From Asterias rubens (taxonomy: Eukaryota), in assembly GCF_902459465.1 (NCBI RefSeq), contig NC_047074.1, positions 13,330,001-13,394,000 on the forward strand: a DNA stretch of 64,000 nt, written 5' to 3'. Below the pieces are notes generated by a model, which searched no databases, had not been told where the DNA came from, and worked only from the letters and a program-made list of their open reading frames with translations. The position numbers and the translations under genes are program-made. Each line of letters opens with the position of its first letter. Within the stretch, counting starts at the first letter, position 1. Below are positions 38,301 to 51,534 of this stretch, piece by piece.

Positions 38301-39846
38301 CAAATGTTGACTTTCAGTCTTTACTAAAAGTCGTTCAATTCTATTGAGTATTAAAGAACACAACACATGGGTATGATACCCATATTATAAATGAGGTAAA
38401 TCTTCTCTTACATGTCATAGTGCTTGTTCAAGTTAAGACAATTAGAAAATGGTAGGCGGTGTAGGTATTTGTTTCGACTTCAATTTGGGTTGTATACCAA
38501 ATTCTGGTCAAGGTAATATTTTGAGCAAAAAGCCCTGCAGTCTTGTTGATTTTCCACACAAATTTGAGCCCTTCTGTAAATGGCCATACGATGGATCATT
38601 TCTTCTAAGTTAGCTAGACAAAACGTTGAGACCAATTCAAGAACTGACTCCGCGGTAGTGCAGTTAATTACGATCCTATAATCTAAAGTAGTAGTCCCGG
38701 CCAATTTTCTAAACCTTCCGCCCAGGTAGTAGTTAAAAAGCAGGACAGAACTTTTCAGAACTGAGAAGTCTCCCGAACATCCGATAAATTTACTCCACAG
38801 TAGTAGAATAAATAAAGACAGTTCTCGTTCTCTAAGAACAAACTCTACCTTGCAAATCAAATATATATTCTTCTAAGTTGTTTGTCTGTTCCCTTCCAGT
38901 GGGTGAATTGGCAGACTCCTTGAGATTACCTGAAGAAAAGTTTGAGATGAAATACAAGAGCCCTCGGCCCAAGGAGGCGGATGACAACATCGTGTTTCAT
39001 TGCAGAAGTGGAGTACGCAGCTTGAATGCAGTCAACCTTGCCAAAGAGCTAGGATTTACCAAGTAATTGAATGTTTCTTTGACTTTACTTTAAAAGATTT
39101 AGTGCACTCAAGTTCTGGTTGCTGAGTCATCAGGGTGTGTTTTTGAATCCCTGTCACGACCCTTGTGTCATTGAGCAAGACACTTGACTCTAATCGTGTC
39201 TAATCACCCAGGGGTAAATGGGTACCTGTGAGGGCAGAGATGGTTCTTGTGATTTAGCCGAGTAGCACATATGTTGCACAAGGCTGTATATTATTAATAG
39301 AACGGATTGGTAAGGATCAACAACAATGTTTTATTTCAGTCTGAAAGCTGCCTGATAATGAAGTTCATAACAGAACTGCTTTTTCTTTTCTGTAAAATAT
39401 TTCCCTCTGAAATAAACTCATATACAAGAAAACTGTTGGCATAGTTATCCGAAAACCTTTAAGATGCAACAGCTTATTTCGGTTTTGACAACCAAAGTTA
39501 AGGACAGTGTGTTTAAATACTCAACATTGTGTTAAGGTTTTTAACTGTTCTCTACTGACTCGCACAAGGATTATGCCCAAATTGTAACAGGTTTATTTCA
39601 TGTTTTGGTTGATTACACAAAACATGACCACTGTCTATGACTATTTGGTCAGCTCTACCAATCCTGTAAAACACCTTCAAAAGAAGTATGCATGTTTCAA
39701 GTACCTGTAGATAGTTTTGTGTTTTTATTCAAATCGATGCATGTGAAAATAATCATTATGTCATTGTTTTTTTGTTTTCCAGGGCAAGGCACTTTCCTGG
39801 CGGCTGGCTGCAATGGGCTGAGAAGAATAATTTGCCGTCAGCTTAA
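35356..39846 (+). CDS. Single-domain rhodanese / thiosulfate sulfurtransferase-like protein (TSTD1/TSTD3-like), 205 aa, possible mitochondrial presequence
   Basis: join(35356..35438,36883..37007,37810..37992,38900..39062,39783..39846), 618 nt in phase. Motifs LIDVRE..E...G.I.GS.HIP, active-site loop FHCRSGVRS and C-terminal FPGGW.QW. The N-terminus is Arg-containing with no acidic residues. The exon 2 donor is uncertain. Confidence 0.82.
36170..36480. mobile_element. MITE-like element with two inverted tRNA-like arms; right-end fragments at ~47620-47725 and ~60795-61290
   Basis: TACTTTCCCGAGTCCTGTGAAAAAAATCA ... TGATTTTTTTCACAGAGCTCAGGAAAGTA inverted ends with opposed GGGATTCGAACCC / GGGTTCGAATC B-box motifs. 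Confidence 0.6.
37395..37760. mobile_element. TTAA-flanked MITE, family D (Kolobok-like)
   Basis: TTAA|AGCCATTGGACCCTTTCGGT ... ACCGAAAGGGTCCAATGGCT|TTAA, perfect 20-bp TIR. Confidence 0.85.
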
Positions 39847-42800
39847 ACCATTTTTCAAAGGGATACTTCATTCGGATACAGTAGGGTCGCCAATAAACTC
39901 CCCATAAGGTTTCCAAATGTGCAATGTGTTCCAAAAGACTTATCAACATAATCAATGAAGCTTCACCTTAAAGGCAGTATTGGTAATTACTCAAAATAAT
40001 TTTTAGCATAAAAAATTACTTGGTAACGAGTAATGGAGAGCTGTTGATAGTACATGTATAGTACATGTACATGTACATGTATATAACATTGTTAGAAACG
40101 GCTCCCTCTGAAGTAGTTTTTGAGAAAGAATTAATTTTCCACGAACTTGATTTTGAGACCTCAGAGTTAGATTTTGAGGTCTCGAAATCAAGCATCTGAA
40201 AGCACACAACTTGGTGTGACAAGGGTGTTTTTTTAATTCATTCATATCTCTCAACTTAGACGACCAATTGAGCTCAAACTATCACAGGTTTGTTATTGTA
40301 TGCATGTGTTAAGATACACCATATGGGAAGGCTGGTCTTTGACAATTACCAATAGCGTCCAGTGTCTTAAACAGCTCTGTGTTGCTGACACTATGTGGAC
40401 ATTCCTTTATTGAAAAAAATACATTAGGACCTACATGTACAAGGTGTACTCTGCAACACTGTGTAGATAAGGATAAGTCCACATAGTGTTACAAGTCTTT
40501 GACTTTTATCAAGTAATAAACCACAAGGGAAACTCACTGGGTAAATTTTAAAATATTTTGGGCAGAACAAAGACGAGTGTACTAGATGTGGACTTGAAAT
40601 GTCAATCTCATATTTAGCCCTTTTTTTTGTCATTATCTTTTTTTAATTTTGCCTGACATTTTGACGCATACATGAAGTGGTGTTGCTGCACTAAAAGGGC
40701 AGTTCTTTGTTTCTTGGATCGCAATAGTGTAAGTGAGTTTATACACTTTAATCGATCTAAAAATGTAATTGAACTTTTAAAATTGAAGATGAGTATAAAG
40801 CAAAATTGTACAAACACTTTTGCATAGAAAAATAATGTAGACTAAAATTATTTTGACTAAAACATGCTGATTGCTCATACTGAGTAGCAAATGGTGATTT
40901 CTAAGTAGCAACAAAATTGATAAATTTGTGTAGCATTTTGCTATGCTGTAAAAGAGTAATTGTTCACTGCAATTAATTTTATTTAAGCTTGACTTAAAAA
41001 AAAATATTTTAATTATTTTTTTAATTAAGAGATGTCTTGAAAAAGTAATCAAATTGCTATCACAAACTTTTGTTCATGTAAACCATACCAGTTTATTTCA
41101 AAAAAACATTCCCGTAGACAGAGAACTCCTCTTAACATTTATACATCAATTTTTATTATAATTTGAACACCTTTGAAACCAACAATTAGTTTTATGTCTT
41201 TAGAATAAATGTGCCAAACAGCAACACAACACTAAATAGTTGTCTCCTCATAGTTTTTGTAGACAATCTCTCTTAATGTTGGTTGACATTGACTTAGTTT
41301 AACTCAACGGAGGCCTGGAACTACATGAAGGGCACATAGCCTGTTGCCCCAACATTGGCCTTGGTGCCCTTTCAGAAGTTTCCCAAAGACTTGTCAACGG
41401 AAGTGTCCTTTGCAAAATAAAATTGCCCCTTTCAAGGATGGAGTTGCAGGCCTGTGTTGTTAAGTTTTAAAAAGCATTACATTGACCATATTATGTGTTA
41501 CAAATAACTATGCAGTATATGAAATAATATTTACAATTTTTTACATTAAATGCCATAGTTTTGCAAGTGCATCACTATTGTTCATGACCATCCCCCACAA
41601 GTAAAAACAAACTTACAATCTCTTAACAATTGTATTTTACGGGTAGAATTTTATGTCGTGAAAATTTACATAGTTACAAAAAACAACAGATGACAACACC
41701 CCCCCCCCCAAAAAAAAAAGTGATAATGTTTACAGGCAGGGTAAACCTTTGGTAATTTTCTCATCACTTGGTGTTTCTCTGACAATAAAATAACAAGCTT
41801 TTGAAAATTTGGGCTCAATTGGTCATTGCAAGAAAATAATGAAATAAAAAACGCCATTGGTGCATACATTAAGAATTGGGTGCTTTCGAATGCTTCATGC
41901 CTGCAGCCTTTTAAGAAGATTCAAATTTGTTTGTGACAAATTACCTCTTTCAAGCTCTAAAACCATAATTACCTCAAAGGATATTATTTCTAATAATATG
42001 TTATAACATCACCAGCTCTCCAGTGCTCTTTACCAAGTTTTTAAGATCATTCAGTTTTGAGAAATAACCACAAGTGTACCCTGTATGAAAGTGAAGTCAT
42101 AGTTCTAAGGTAATTACAAACTGCAATTTAAGATAGAAGTTTCTATATTATTCAGAACTTTCCAATTTAGACTCATTTTAGCACTTTGCTTTTCTTATTT
42201 TTGGTTTGGTTTTTATAAATGGACGGCTCATTTGGAAGAAAACAATGCATATTAATAAAGAATTTATTTAAAATCAAAATTATGGACGGAATTCCAAAAA
42301 AATTATTTGTTGTATAAAAATTCCAGACTGATTTTCAAAATTGACTTTTCTTTTCAAACTGCCGTATAAACTTAACAAACGTCCAAGATTTAAGTTTTGT
42401 GCTGTTTTGGGGCAATAAAACAGCTGTATTTAGCAATACTCGCACAGATCAATTCCATTTTTTTGTTTGAACTAAGAAAACTTAAGGAATGAATGTTCTC
42501 AACTAGATTATTTGCTCCCAATTCATTTCTTTTTCATTCGAGAAGATTTTAATAATTTATTTTACTGACATAGTTACTTATTCCTTGAGTGTAACCACCA
42601 TTCAAACATTGTTACAAATTCTTCTTTACGAAACTTCCTGGACCCAAAACTAAACCAGCAGTTTCTTCTTGGGTAAAAGGAACACACCAGTCGATGAAAA
42701 ATAATCACAGTTATGGATCAGTGTTGATTGGTGACAATATTTCGATGTTTGGCAACAAACAAACTTTTGTTCTTCAAAATGAAGGTGATGTCAATAATAT

Positions 42801-42899
42801 TTACAAATTTTTCTTTGCACTACCAGTACAACTTTGATGCCTTTTTTAAACTGGATTGTTTGCTGCCAAAATTCAGTTAATAAACATTTTTACATACAT

Positions 42900-44010
42900 T
42901 TAATTGAGAACTGATGATTCAAAGGTTGGCACCATATATTTAATGTTAATGAATGCATCGTCGCCACCGTGTTTCTCAAACGCTTCTAACGTTTCCTGAA
43001 TAAGATCTCCGACATTCTCCCTCTTCTGCTGTCCGTAGTCGATGCCGTCTCCGATGTTCAGGTTCTGTGCCTTGAAGGTGTTGAGGATAGGAAGGATTTG
43101 TCGGTAGTACGGAACGAGCGCCTCTCCGACCATGTCGGCCGATACAACCAAGTGTTGAAGGACCTTCAGCGTCGTACAGAGAACTTTGGGATTCCGCAGA
43201 TTTAGGGCTTCCTTGATGGGGATGATTAACTGAGGGATAACTGGAAGGATTTTGTTTGAGCCGCCGTGCTCCAGCATGTCGTGAACACCTTGCCGAGCGA
43301 AGAACTCGTAGGGGTGAGCTGTTTCCTTGAGTCCATCGAAGAACATGGGAAGGTAGTGATGGTAGTCGAGCTTGTCTATCTCCACCTGGATGAAACAAAA
43401 GGGGAAAAGAAGAAATGGATTGAATATGTTGAAGTTATCTAAAAAATGTAAAGAAAAACAATAGACAATGTTAGAACAATTGTTTAGACTGAAACTGTGG
43501 CTAGTAGTAGATTGGTATAGTATAGTCTGCATTCTGGACACATTGAAATCGGTAATTGTCATGTTTTTTGTGCAACACTGATCATCATGATGATTCAGGA
43601 ATTTGCAACTTTCAAATTTGTGTTGATTTTGGTGTAAAGTTTCAAAATCAAAACAAAGTTAAGAAAAGTATAAAAAAGAAGCAGTTTGAATTGAAGACAT
43701 CCCAATTAATTTCTAAACCTTGAATATTTAGTCGATAAAATGCAAACTTTAGTCTCTGCGTAAAGTGATGAATAAAGGGGATCGTTACCTTCCATGCGAT
43801 CTTGTTGCCTTTTGTATCATGCTCGAGAGCGATTGGGAAGTCTCCTCTTTCGTAGAACTTCCTGAATTCTGTCGGCTTTCCCGGAGATTGAACGAAAGCA
43901 CCAGCTTTCTTCGGGCTGATAACTTGTGCATTTTTCATTTGTGATTTAACTGTGAAAGCATCTGCAATTATGGGTTTCGTGTGGCTCCTGGTTCCCTTTG
44001 CTACACTCAT
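42900..44010 (-). CDS. PACRG: Parkin coregulated gene protein homolog, 235 aa
   Basis: Exons 43789-44010 and 42900-43385. Sequence [26 protein letters not shown]|[53 protein letters not shown]...[38 protein letters not shown]. The start codon is provisional; a short upstream exon may end near 44173. Confidence 0.95.
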
Positions 44011-46082
44011 CTTGACGGAATTGGAGATCAAATCAAAACAGCAGAAGAACGATTTTTATGTTGCGTATAAAAACGTAACGATAACCAAGTTGAATTCACT
44101 TCTTTTTAGTTGGTGGAATTTGCAGAGGTAAATCTGTCTAAATTATGAAGTTAGAAACTCTTCTTCGTGTACCTTCATGTGTCTGTTTATGTTGACGTGA
44201 GACGTTGTACCTCTAACAACCAAACGGCGGGCGATGCGTTCTGAACACAAAATGGCGATCAACTTTGCGATGTGATTGATATAACGGGGTCGTTTCGTGT
44301 AGTTATTTACTGCACGTAGTGACAAGCAAACACCTTAATGTGACCATAGCAACAGTCCACTGGTATCCGCACGCCATGGACTCTCTACGCGAAAACATTT
44401 GCATACTGGTACCCGTGATAATTGGCTGTCATAAGTAGACTTGTACAAGTACTTTATCGTCATCGCTCCGGTGAAGGGGTGGGCGTGGTCTAGGAATTCA
44501 ATGAGGGACAGTGTACTTAACATATTTACCATGGAAACAAGTAATTTTTTAATACTTGATTTTTGTTTTAACAAGTGATTCTGAAAGGACTGTGACAAAG
44601 ATAATTATCCACTTTACAATCAAATTTGCAATAGACCCAATGTAATTTTTTAACCAAGTGTCCATTTTGTTCACTTTAATTTACATCATAATAGAATTTT
44701 AAATAATACATTTTACATCATGTATCCATGCCTCATTATGTTAAGACTATGATAAGCATAATACTAGTAAACCTCAGGAAAGTAACCAACAAATTGAAGA
44801 TCGGTATATATTGAGAAGACAAAAAAAAGTTATTATTTTCCAGTCTCGTAAAATTTTATTAAGATGACCAATCAATTGAGGTAATATAAATACACATGCG
44901 CACAAAATTAGTTTACTGTTCATTTTTCTTCTAAGACTGGTAGACCAGTATTGTCATTACAGAAAACCATAAATTGTATAATCGTTTAACATTATTTTAT
45001 TTTGTTTCTCAATATTGTTGAGTTGATATTGATTATCCTTTATTTACACAAAACAAATGTCAATATTTATGATAATAGTTGACATACGAAAATGACACTG
45101 CTTCTACTTATATCCAAACAAGGTACCAAATTGCGTCACATCAGGTTTATTTTGGTTTTTTTTACTCTCTTGAATCAATACAATGTACAACTTTGGTTAT
45201 GTTAGGAGTATCAATAATAATAGTGGCTTCTTACTTAGCGCTCATATTCGACACTCAGTAACACTCTAGGCGCTTCCAAGTACAAATTATTCCTTAACTA
45301 AAAGGAACACGTTGCCTTGGATCAGACGAGTTGGTCTTTAAAAAGTGTTTGTTTCCGTTTGTTATAAAATGCATATGGTTGAAAAGATGTTATAAAAGTA
45401 GAATACATGTACAATGATACACACATTTGCCTCGAAATTGCGTGGTTTTCCTTTTGCTTTGCGAACTAACACGGTCGGCCATTTATGGGAGTCAGAAAGT
45501 TGACTCCAATAAATGGCCGACTGTTTTTGTCAATGGGGTAAAAGGAAAACCACGCAATTTCGAGTGATACTTGTGTGGATCATTGTATTCTACTTTAAAA
45601 ATATCTTTCTAGTCATATGCATTTTATAACAGACGGTTACAAACGCTTTTCAAAGACCAACTCGACCGATCCAAGGCAACTTGTTCCTTTATCACCATGT
45701 AACAAGGTGCAATGTAACAAGGCATGCTAGCCAATCATATTAGGAACACCGATGCAATCCCATTCTTTTTTTTTTGATAAATGCACTGATTAAGTGTCAT
45801 ACTCAAGAACAAAAGTGCTACGACCAGGACTCGAACCCACACCCTGTTGATTAGGAACACCAGAGTTTGTTTTTTAGTTCCCAAAATATTATATAAAGAC
45901 AACCAAATAACAATGGCTATGTGCAACAAAATTGCCATTTGTGGTTTATTTACTTGATTTCAACCAATATAAATACAAGCGAATAACTTGCGCATTCAAA
46001 TTGGAAATTATATTCTAAGAATACTAATAGCTAGAGGAGTTTTCTTTTAAGAACTGTACAAAAACATTTTTGCTTAATGAGT

Positions 46083-49000
46083 TTATTTCCAACCATCTAA
46101 GATATCCTGAATCACGTCTTGTGAACTTTGAAGGCCAGATTTGAATGCCTTAGGGACGTCTTTCCCTGTACGCCCTGCCTCTGCTCCCAGAAGAGCTCCG
46201 AGGGCACCACCGCGATGACAATTCTCTCCTGATTAAAGAGAAACACAAAAGAACATCTCAGGTTACTTCACCAACAAATTTCAAGATTGCATTTTAAGGT
46301 AATGTACCTGTTTGGTAACTACTCAAAAATTAATGGCAAACAACCTAAGCATTGACATCATCCAGCCGCCATCTTTGAGGAAAACGGTGAAAAACAATCA
46401 AAACTCACTGATTTGTACGCGTGGCGCACAGGATTGGCCAATGAACAACCTCATTTTGACCTCTAGGTGAGGGCGCCCTACTGAAATGCATCATGTGCAT
46501 AAGGTCTTAAAAAACATCGCCAGATTATTGTAATACATGTATCTACTATCTATATTTGTATAGGATTAATCGAACAGTTACTAAAACCAAAGAGTTTGAC
46601 ATTCCCTTTAAAGGAAACATATTCAAAAGAAGGATCTTCAATAACTTACCTCCACAGTTAGTATTGGTGAGAACGCCTGCTTCAAAGTTATCGTGGAACT
46701 CATGTGCAAGAAAGAAGAGTGAAGTGACTGCCCCTTTAATGTAGCATGCTAATCCAAAGTGTGATACAGCCTCCTGATAGACTCGTAGTCTCCCCTCTGA
46801 CCCCATTGGATATCTACAGATTAAAGTGACAATCAGCGTAGGAGTAATTCATGACACAGATGTTCAAAGTTACAAACTGAAGTCAAGTTGAAAAATGCTA
46901 CATCCTAGTTTGATATTTGATTGAAAAATTTACCATTCACACAGAAGATAAAAGAAGGCAGTAAAAGAGTAAAATGCTACAGGCATACAATAAATTGGGA
47001 AAATGCTGTGTTGTAGATCATCAGAAGAACTATAGTTGTAAACTGGGTACAACCAGGTATAAAACTCTGTTAGGGGATTAAGATCCGGTGTGGTCTCAAG
47101 ATTTTGAACAATATACTCCGCTCCGCTAACCCTAACCCTCCGCTCATACATTCTTCTGAAGACAAGACCACACCGGTTCTTCTCAGAGCCAGGGCTTCTC
47201 TCAAATGAGTTAATATACAATAGTTGTACCCTTAAAGGCAGTGGACACTGTTAGTAATTACTCAAAATAATTATCAGCATAAAACCTTTCTTGATTGTGA
47301 GTAATGGGGAGAGGTTGAAAGTATAAAACATTGTGAGAAACGGCTCCCTCTAAAGTAACAAAGTTTTTGAGAAAGAAGTAATTTTCCATGAATTTGATTT
47401 CGAGACCTCAAGTTTAGAATTTGAGGTCTTGAAATCAAGCATCTGAAAGCACACAACTTCGTGTGACAAGGGTGTTTTTTTCTTTCATAGTTATCTCACA
47501 ACTCCGACGACCAATCAAGCTCAAATTTTCACAGGTTTGTTATTTTATGCATTTGTTGAGATACACCAAGTGAGAAGACTGGTCTTTGACAATTACCAAT
47601 AGTATCCAGTGTCTTTAAGTTTTTTTCCACAGGACTCGGGATAGTACTACGGTATACAGTGCTAACACACATCGGTGTATGGGTAAAAAACAAAATTAGT
47701 ATTCTTTATCCCAATGCAAATTTAACATTATATTATATTATATACTTAAGTTTATTATTAGAGTTTTCCTCCCTCTTCCCACCTTTGATTTTGTCCTTTG
47801 TGCATCAAATCTTCTTGTGGCCCAACCAGCCCCCCCCCCCCTCAAATAGGCTTATTACATCCTGTTGGTTGGTGAGCAATTTGCAATGAGCTTATTCTAT
47901 TTTCTCATTTAGATACTTACTTGGCTGCTGTCTTTGAATACTTCTGAGCTCTTTTCCACGTAGAGCTTCCTCCTAGCACGGAGGACTCCAATGCTCTTTG
48001 GGCCTCATCTTTAAGACTGGCTCCGTTTAAGACGTTATGGAGTACATTGGAGTACAGCTCCACGAATGGGATGAGACTTCTTGAGCAATGGGTCAAGGAA
48101 ACCAATCTTACTGCGTACTGAAACGATACAAGAGTCTTATGAAAGCACTGTGATATAACACAAGTTAGGGTTATAGATTGTTTTTGGTCAACGCAATGCT
48201 GATTCAGGAAAAGTTATAAAGAAAGATACAATAAAAGTTACGTGATTTGAAAGTATCAGCTGAATAAAGTGTTTACTTTATTAAAACAACAAAAATCAGT
48301 CACAATATTTTCCAATCCAAATTTACCGAGATGACAGCGAATACCAATTTCATCTTTGGCATCAGCATTTGCAAACGAACACCAACCCTCGAAGAATGAT
48401 GCCCAGAGCAAAGTTCAAATACAAATTTACATTCTCTTCACAGAAGTGCCCCTTGTTAGAGGGAAATTGCTGTTCCCCTTCAGGCATGAAGTTCCAGGCC
48501 TTTTTTTGCATTTATACCATAGGTCCTTATGGTTGGTAAGCAGTTTGCAAACAGCTAATTCTGTTTTTTCATAAAAACAATTAAAATGTACAAGTACCTT
48601 GACTGCGTCTGAGCTGTTCATATTTGCACAATGCATGATGACAGGTATCGGCATAATCAATGCTCCAATGCTGTCAATATTATGGTCAATGTGACCGGAC
48701 TGCAACCGCTTATCTCTTTGATCGGCAAATTTCAACACTTCTTCCGCTTCCACTGGGGAACCTTCCTCCAACCAATCCCTGTAGATATCACAGATGAGAA
48801 ATACAACAATGAAATTTTAACTTCTTGGTTTTGATATAAGACCAGGGCCCAATTTCATAGAAAATTTGCTTAGCATGAAATTTCTTCCTTGATAAAAACA
48901 GGATTACCAGCCAAATTTCCATTTGTCATAGTGCTTGTTACTGGTATTCAGCTTTTGTTTGCTTATCCTGAAAATCACATGGAAATATGGTTGGTAAACC

Positions 49001-51206
49001 TGTTTTTATCAAGGAAGAAATTTGATGCTAAGCAAATTTTATGTGCTTAGCAGCTCTATGAAATTGGGCCCAGGTCCGAGGTCATCAGGCAACGAGCTCT
49101 TTGTTCCTCGGACCCGCTTAGCCAGCTACGGGGACAGGGCCTTTTCCTGTATTGCCCCACGGCTCTGGAACAGCTTACCCGTTCGCATCAGAGAAACACA
49201 CAACATCTCACTCTTCACGCAGCAAATTAAAACATATCTTTTCCAGCAGGCCTTTTCATGAACTTGGGTTTTTTTCCTTTCAGACCGGCGCCTTTGAATG
49301 TTTCACAGAAAAAGCGCGCCTTATAAGTACTGTGTTATTATTATTATTATTATTATTATTATCATTCATGCATCTCGCTATTTGTTTCTTATATTTTAGT
49401 TATTCAGTCGATGCGGAGCATCTCGGATGCATGCCCTCCAAACACATTGGTCCTCCATTGCTGTACGCAGCTCTTCCCGACGCAGTCCAGAGTCCCGGCT
49501 CAAGGTGTCCACATTGTTTGTGGTCTGCCACAGGGACAGTGCCCCCGAGTAGGGGCCCATAGCACCAGCCTGCTCATTGCAACTTCAACAAGTCCGAGGC
49601 AGTGACCTGCTATATTAGTTATAGTTTTACCACTATACACCGATTTTGTATTGGTCTCCATTGCTCCTTACCAAGTATGTTTTGTTTATGCCAACATATT
49701 GTGATGAGTAATTACCAATAGTGTCTACAAAACCAAAAACAGTGAGATTTAATTCTTACCTGAAGAACTCCCTGTGGTAAGACTCTGCGTAGGTATCGCT
49801 GTGCGATCCTGGAGTTGTCATAAACTTGACATAAGCAGCTAGCACCATGCTTAGTGCACTGTCATCCATCGTTGGTTCTTCGTTGTATAAACTGGATAGT
49901 GTGAGGGCGGTTTGACCAGCTACGCATGCATTCAAAGTGCTGTCACCTGCTTTCATGCCTGGTAAAATAAAGATTTTTAATTCAAGTTTAGAAGAAAATA
50001 TCCACACTGTACTTTTAACCCATTCACTTTGGTAACACTTTCCAGTGGGTTGAACCATCATTTGAAATCATTGTACTACATATAGGGGTTTGGTATCGTG
50101 TCACAACTGTGCATAGAACTTTGGGGTATACAGTGAATACCAATTCTATAAAAAATTACTGGCTGTCATACATTGTAGTGTATCTATCATTTGAAACCAT
50201 TGGATGATATTGATGGTCAGAGAGTACGAGGGTTGACTGTGTACTTTGTAGATGCATTAACCACCAGAGATTCCCGAGATCCGTCGGCTGATAACAACCT
50301 CTCGCCCAACTACCAATATTTACCACAGGATATCGTATTGATAATAATGATAATAATAATAACCGTATTTATAACGCGCCTTTTGATAAAAGACAAAGTG
50401 CCAGGTATTTTTACTGCAAGGAGTGGGACGAAGTTTGAGTTATGAGACCTAATCCTTAGCACCATGTAATGATTTACAAGGTGATGTGGCACAATATGCA
50501 GCCAATCCAGCCAGGAACACCAGGGCGAACCCCATCACTGGATTCTTTTACATGCATTACACAACACATGGGACCAACAGCTTTACGTCCCATCCGAAGG
50601 ACAAAGCAATGGTTAAGTGTCTTGCTTGAGGACACAAGTGTCATGGCTGGGGATTCGAACCCACACTCTGCTGATCAGAAACACCAGAGAGGTCATTCCA
50701 AACCACAGTGGGTGGTATTGAATGGTCAGACAGTTTGTGACTAGTCCCCAGATTTGTTGCTAATCTTTGCAATGATCATGCTAAGCTTGCTTACCTTGGT
50801 GATAATGAACTGATCTACTCCTACTCTGCCAGAATTTCAGTTTATCGTGTAGTATCACTGAGCCAATCACAGTGTCAGGACGATCTCCGAATGTATTACG
50901 TCCGGCGCCACCTTTGGAAAAATAAGAACAATAACAACAGAAATTCATTAATTTAATTTCTTAAAATATTTTGTGCAATTATTTCAGTTTATAGAATAGT
51001 TTTGTGCTGTTTCAGATCGCCAAAATCTGTGTTTCAAGTATCTAAAAATTGTTTTACTTATTTTATGCTATAATTGTAGATTGTTTTTTGATAATTTAAC
51101 AGTCTACAAGTTTTTGATATTTATGAGGTAATTCATTTAACACTGACAATACCAAAAATGGAATTTCACATTTAGTTTTCTAAGTAGAGCATAATTAAAA
51201 TGCCGT

Positions 51207-51239
<33 letters not shown>

Positions 51240-51534
51240 TTAACTTAAGGGTGTAACATAACTTTGAATAAATGTTACATTCCAGTAAATGTAACATGAG
51301 TAACAATGTAATGTCACAAAGGGTTCAATTGATCTTACCGACAGCGGAGATGGTTAGAATACTTGAGGGATGTTTTGACTTGGGGGCGACAAATCCTTTC
51401 AGCCACTGCCCGTAATCTTGCTTGATGTCGTCTGGGTCGTAGTACCAATGGACCGGCATACTCAATGAGTCACCAGTGAAAAGGCCCCATAGAGACTCAC
51501 TGCGCGCTTTCTTCACCGACGTTGAACAAGACAT
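46083..51534 (-). CDS. ADP-ribosylglycohydrolase (ARH/DraG/crystallin J1 superfamily) protein, 399 aa
   Basis: Exons 51339-51534, 50795-50911, 49760-49958, 48598-48778, 47921-48117, 46650-46813, 46083-46228; 1200 nt in phase. Motifs SLWGLFTGDSLSMPVHWYY, HYHQGMKAGDSTLN and NTNCGGENCHRGGALGALLGA. Confidence 0.85.
48846..49070. mobile_element. Harbinger/PIF-like MITE
   Basis: TIR GGCCCAATTTCATAG, 3-bp TSD CAG on both sides; a right-end fragment also lies at ~37075-37142. Confidence 0.75.
49075..49360 (+). mobile_element. L2/CR1-clade LINE 3' end
   Basis: Encodes LFVPRTRLASYGDRAFSCIAPRLWNSLP..IR....ISLF.QQIKTYLFQQAF*, then a (TTA)n tail. Confidence 0.8.

Noticed and set aside
43386-43562. N-terminal extension of the 220-aa PACRG ORF
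   Set aside because: It is intron read-through; an acceptor at 43386-43387 joins the conserved upstream exon in phase.
46083-51534. Selenoprotein J
   Set aside because: Same superfamily, but the spliced model has no in-frame TGA and the sequence does not resemble SelJ motifs as I recall them.
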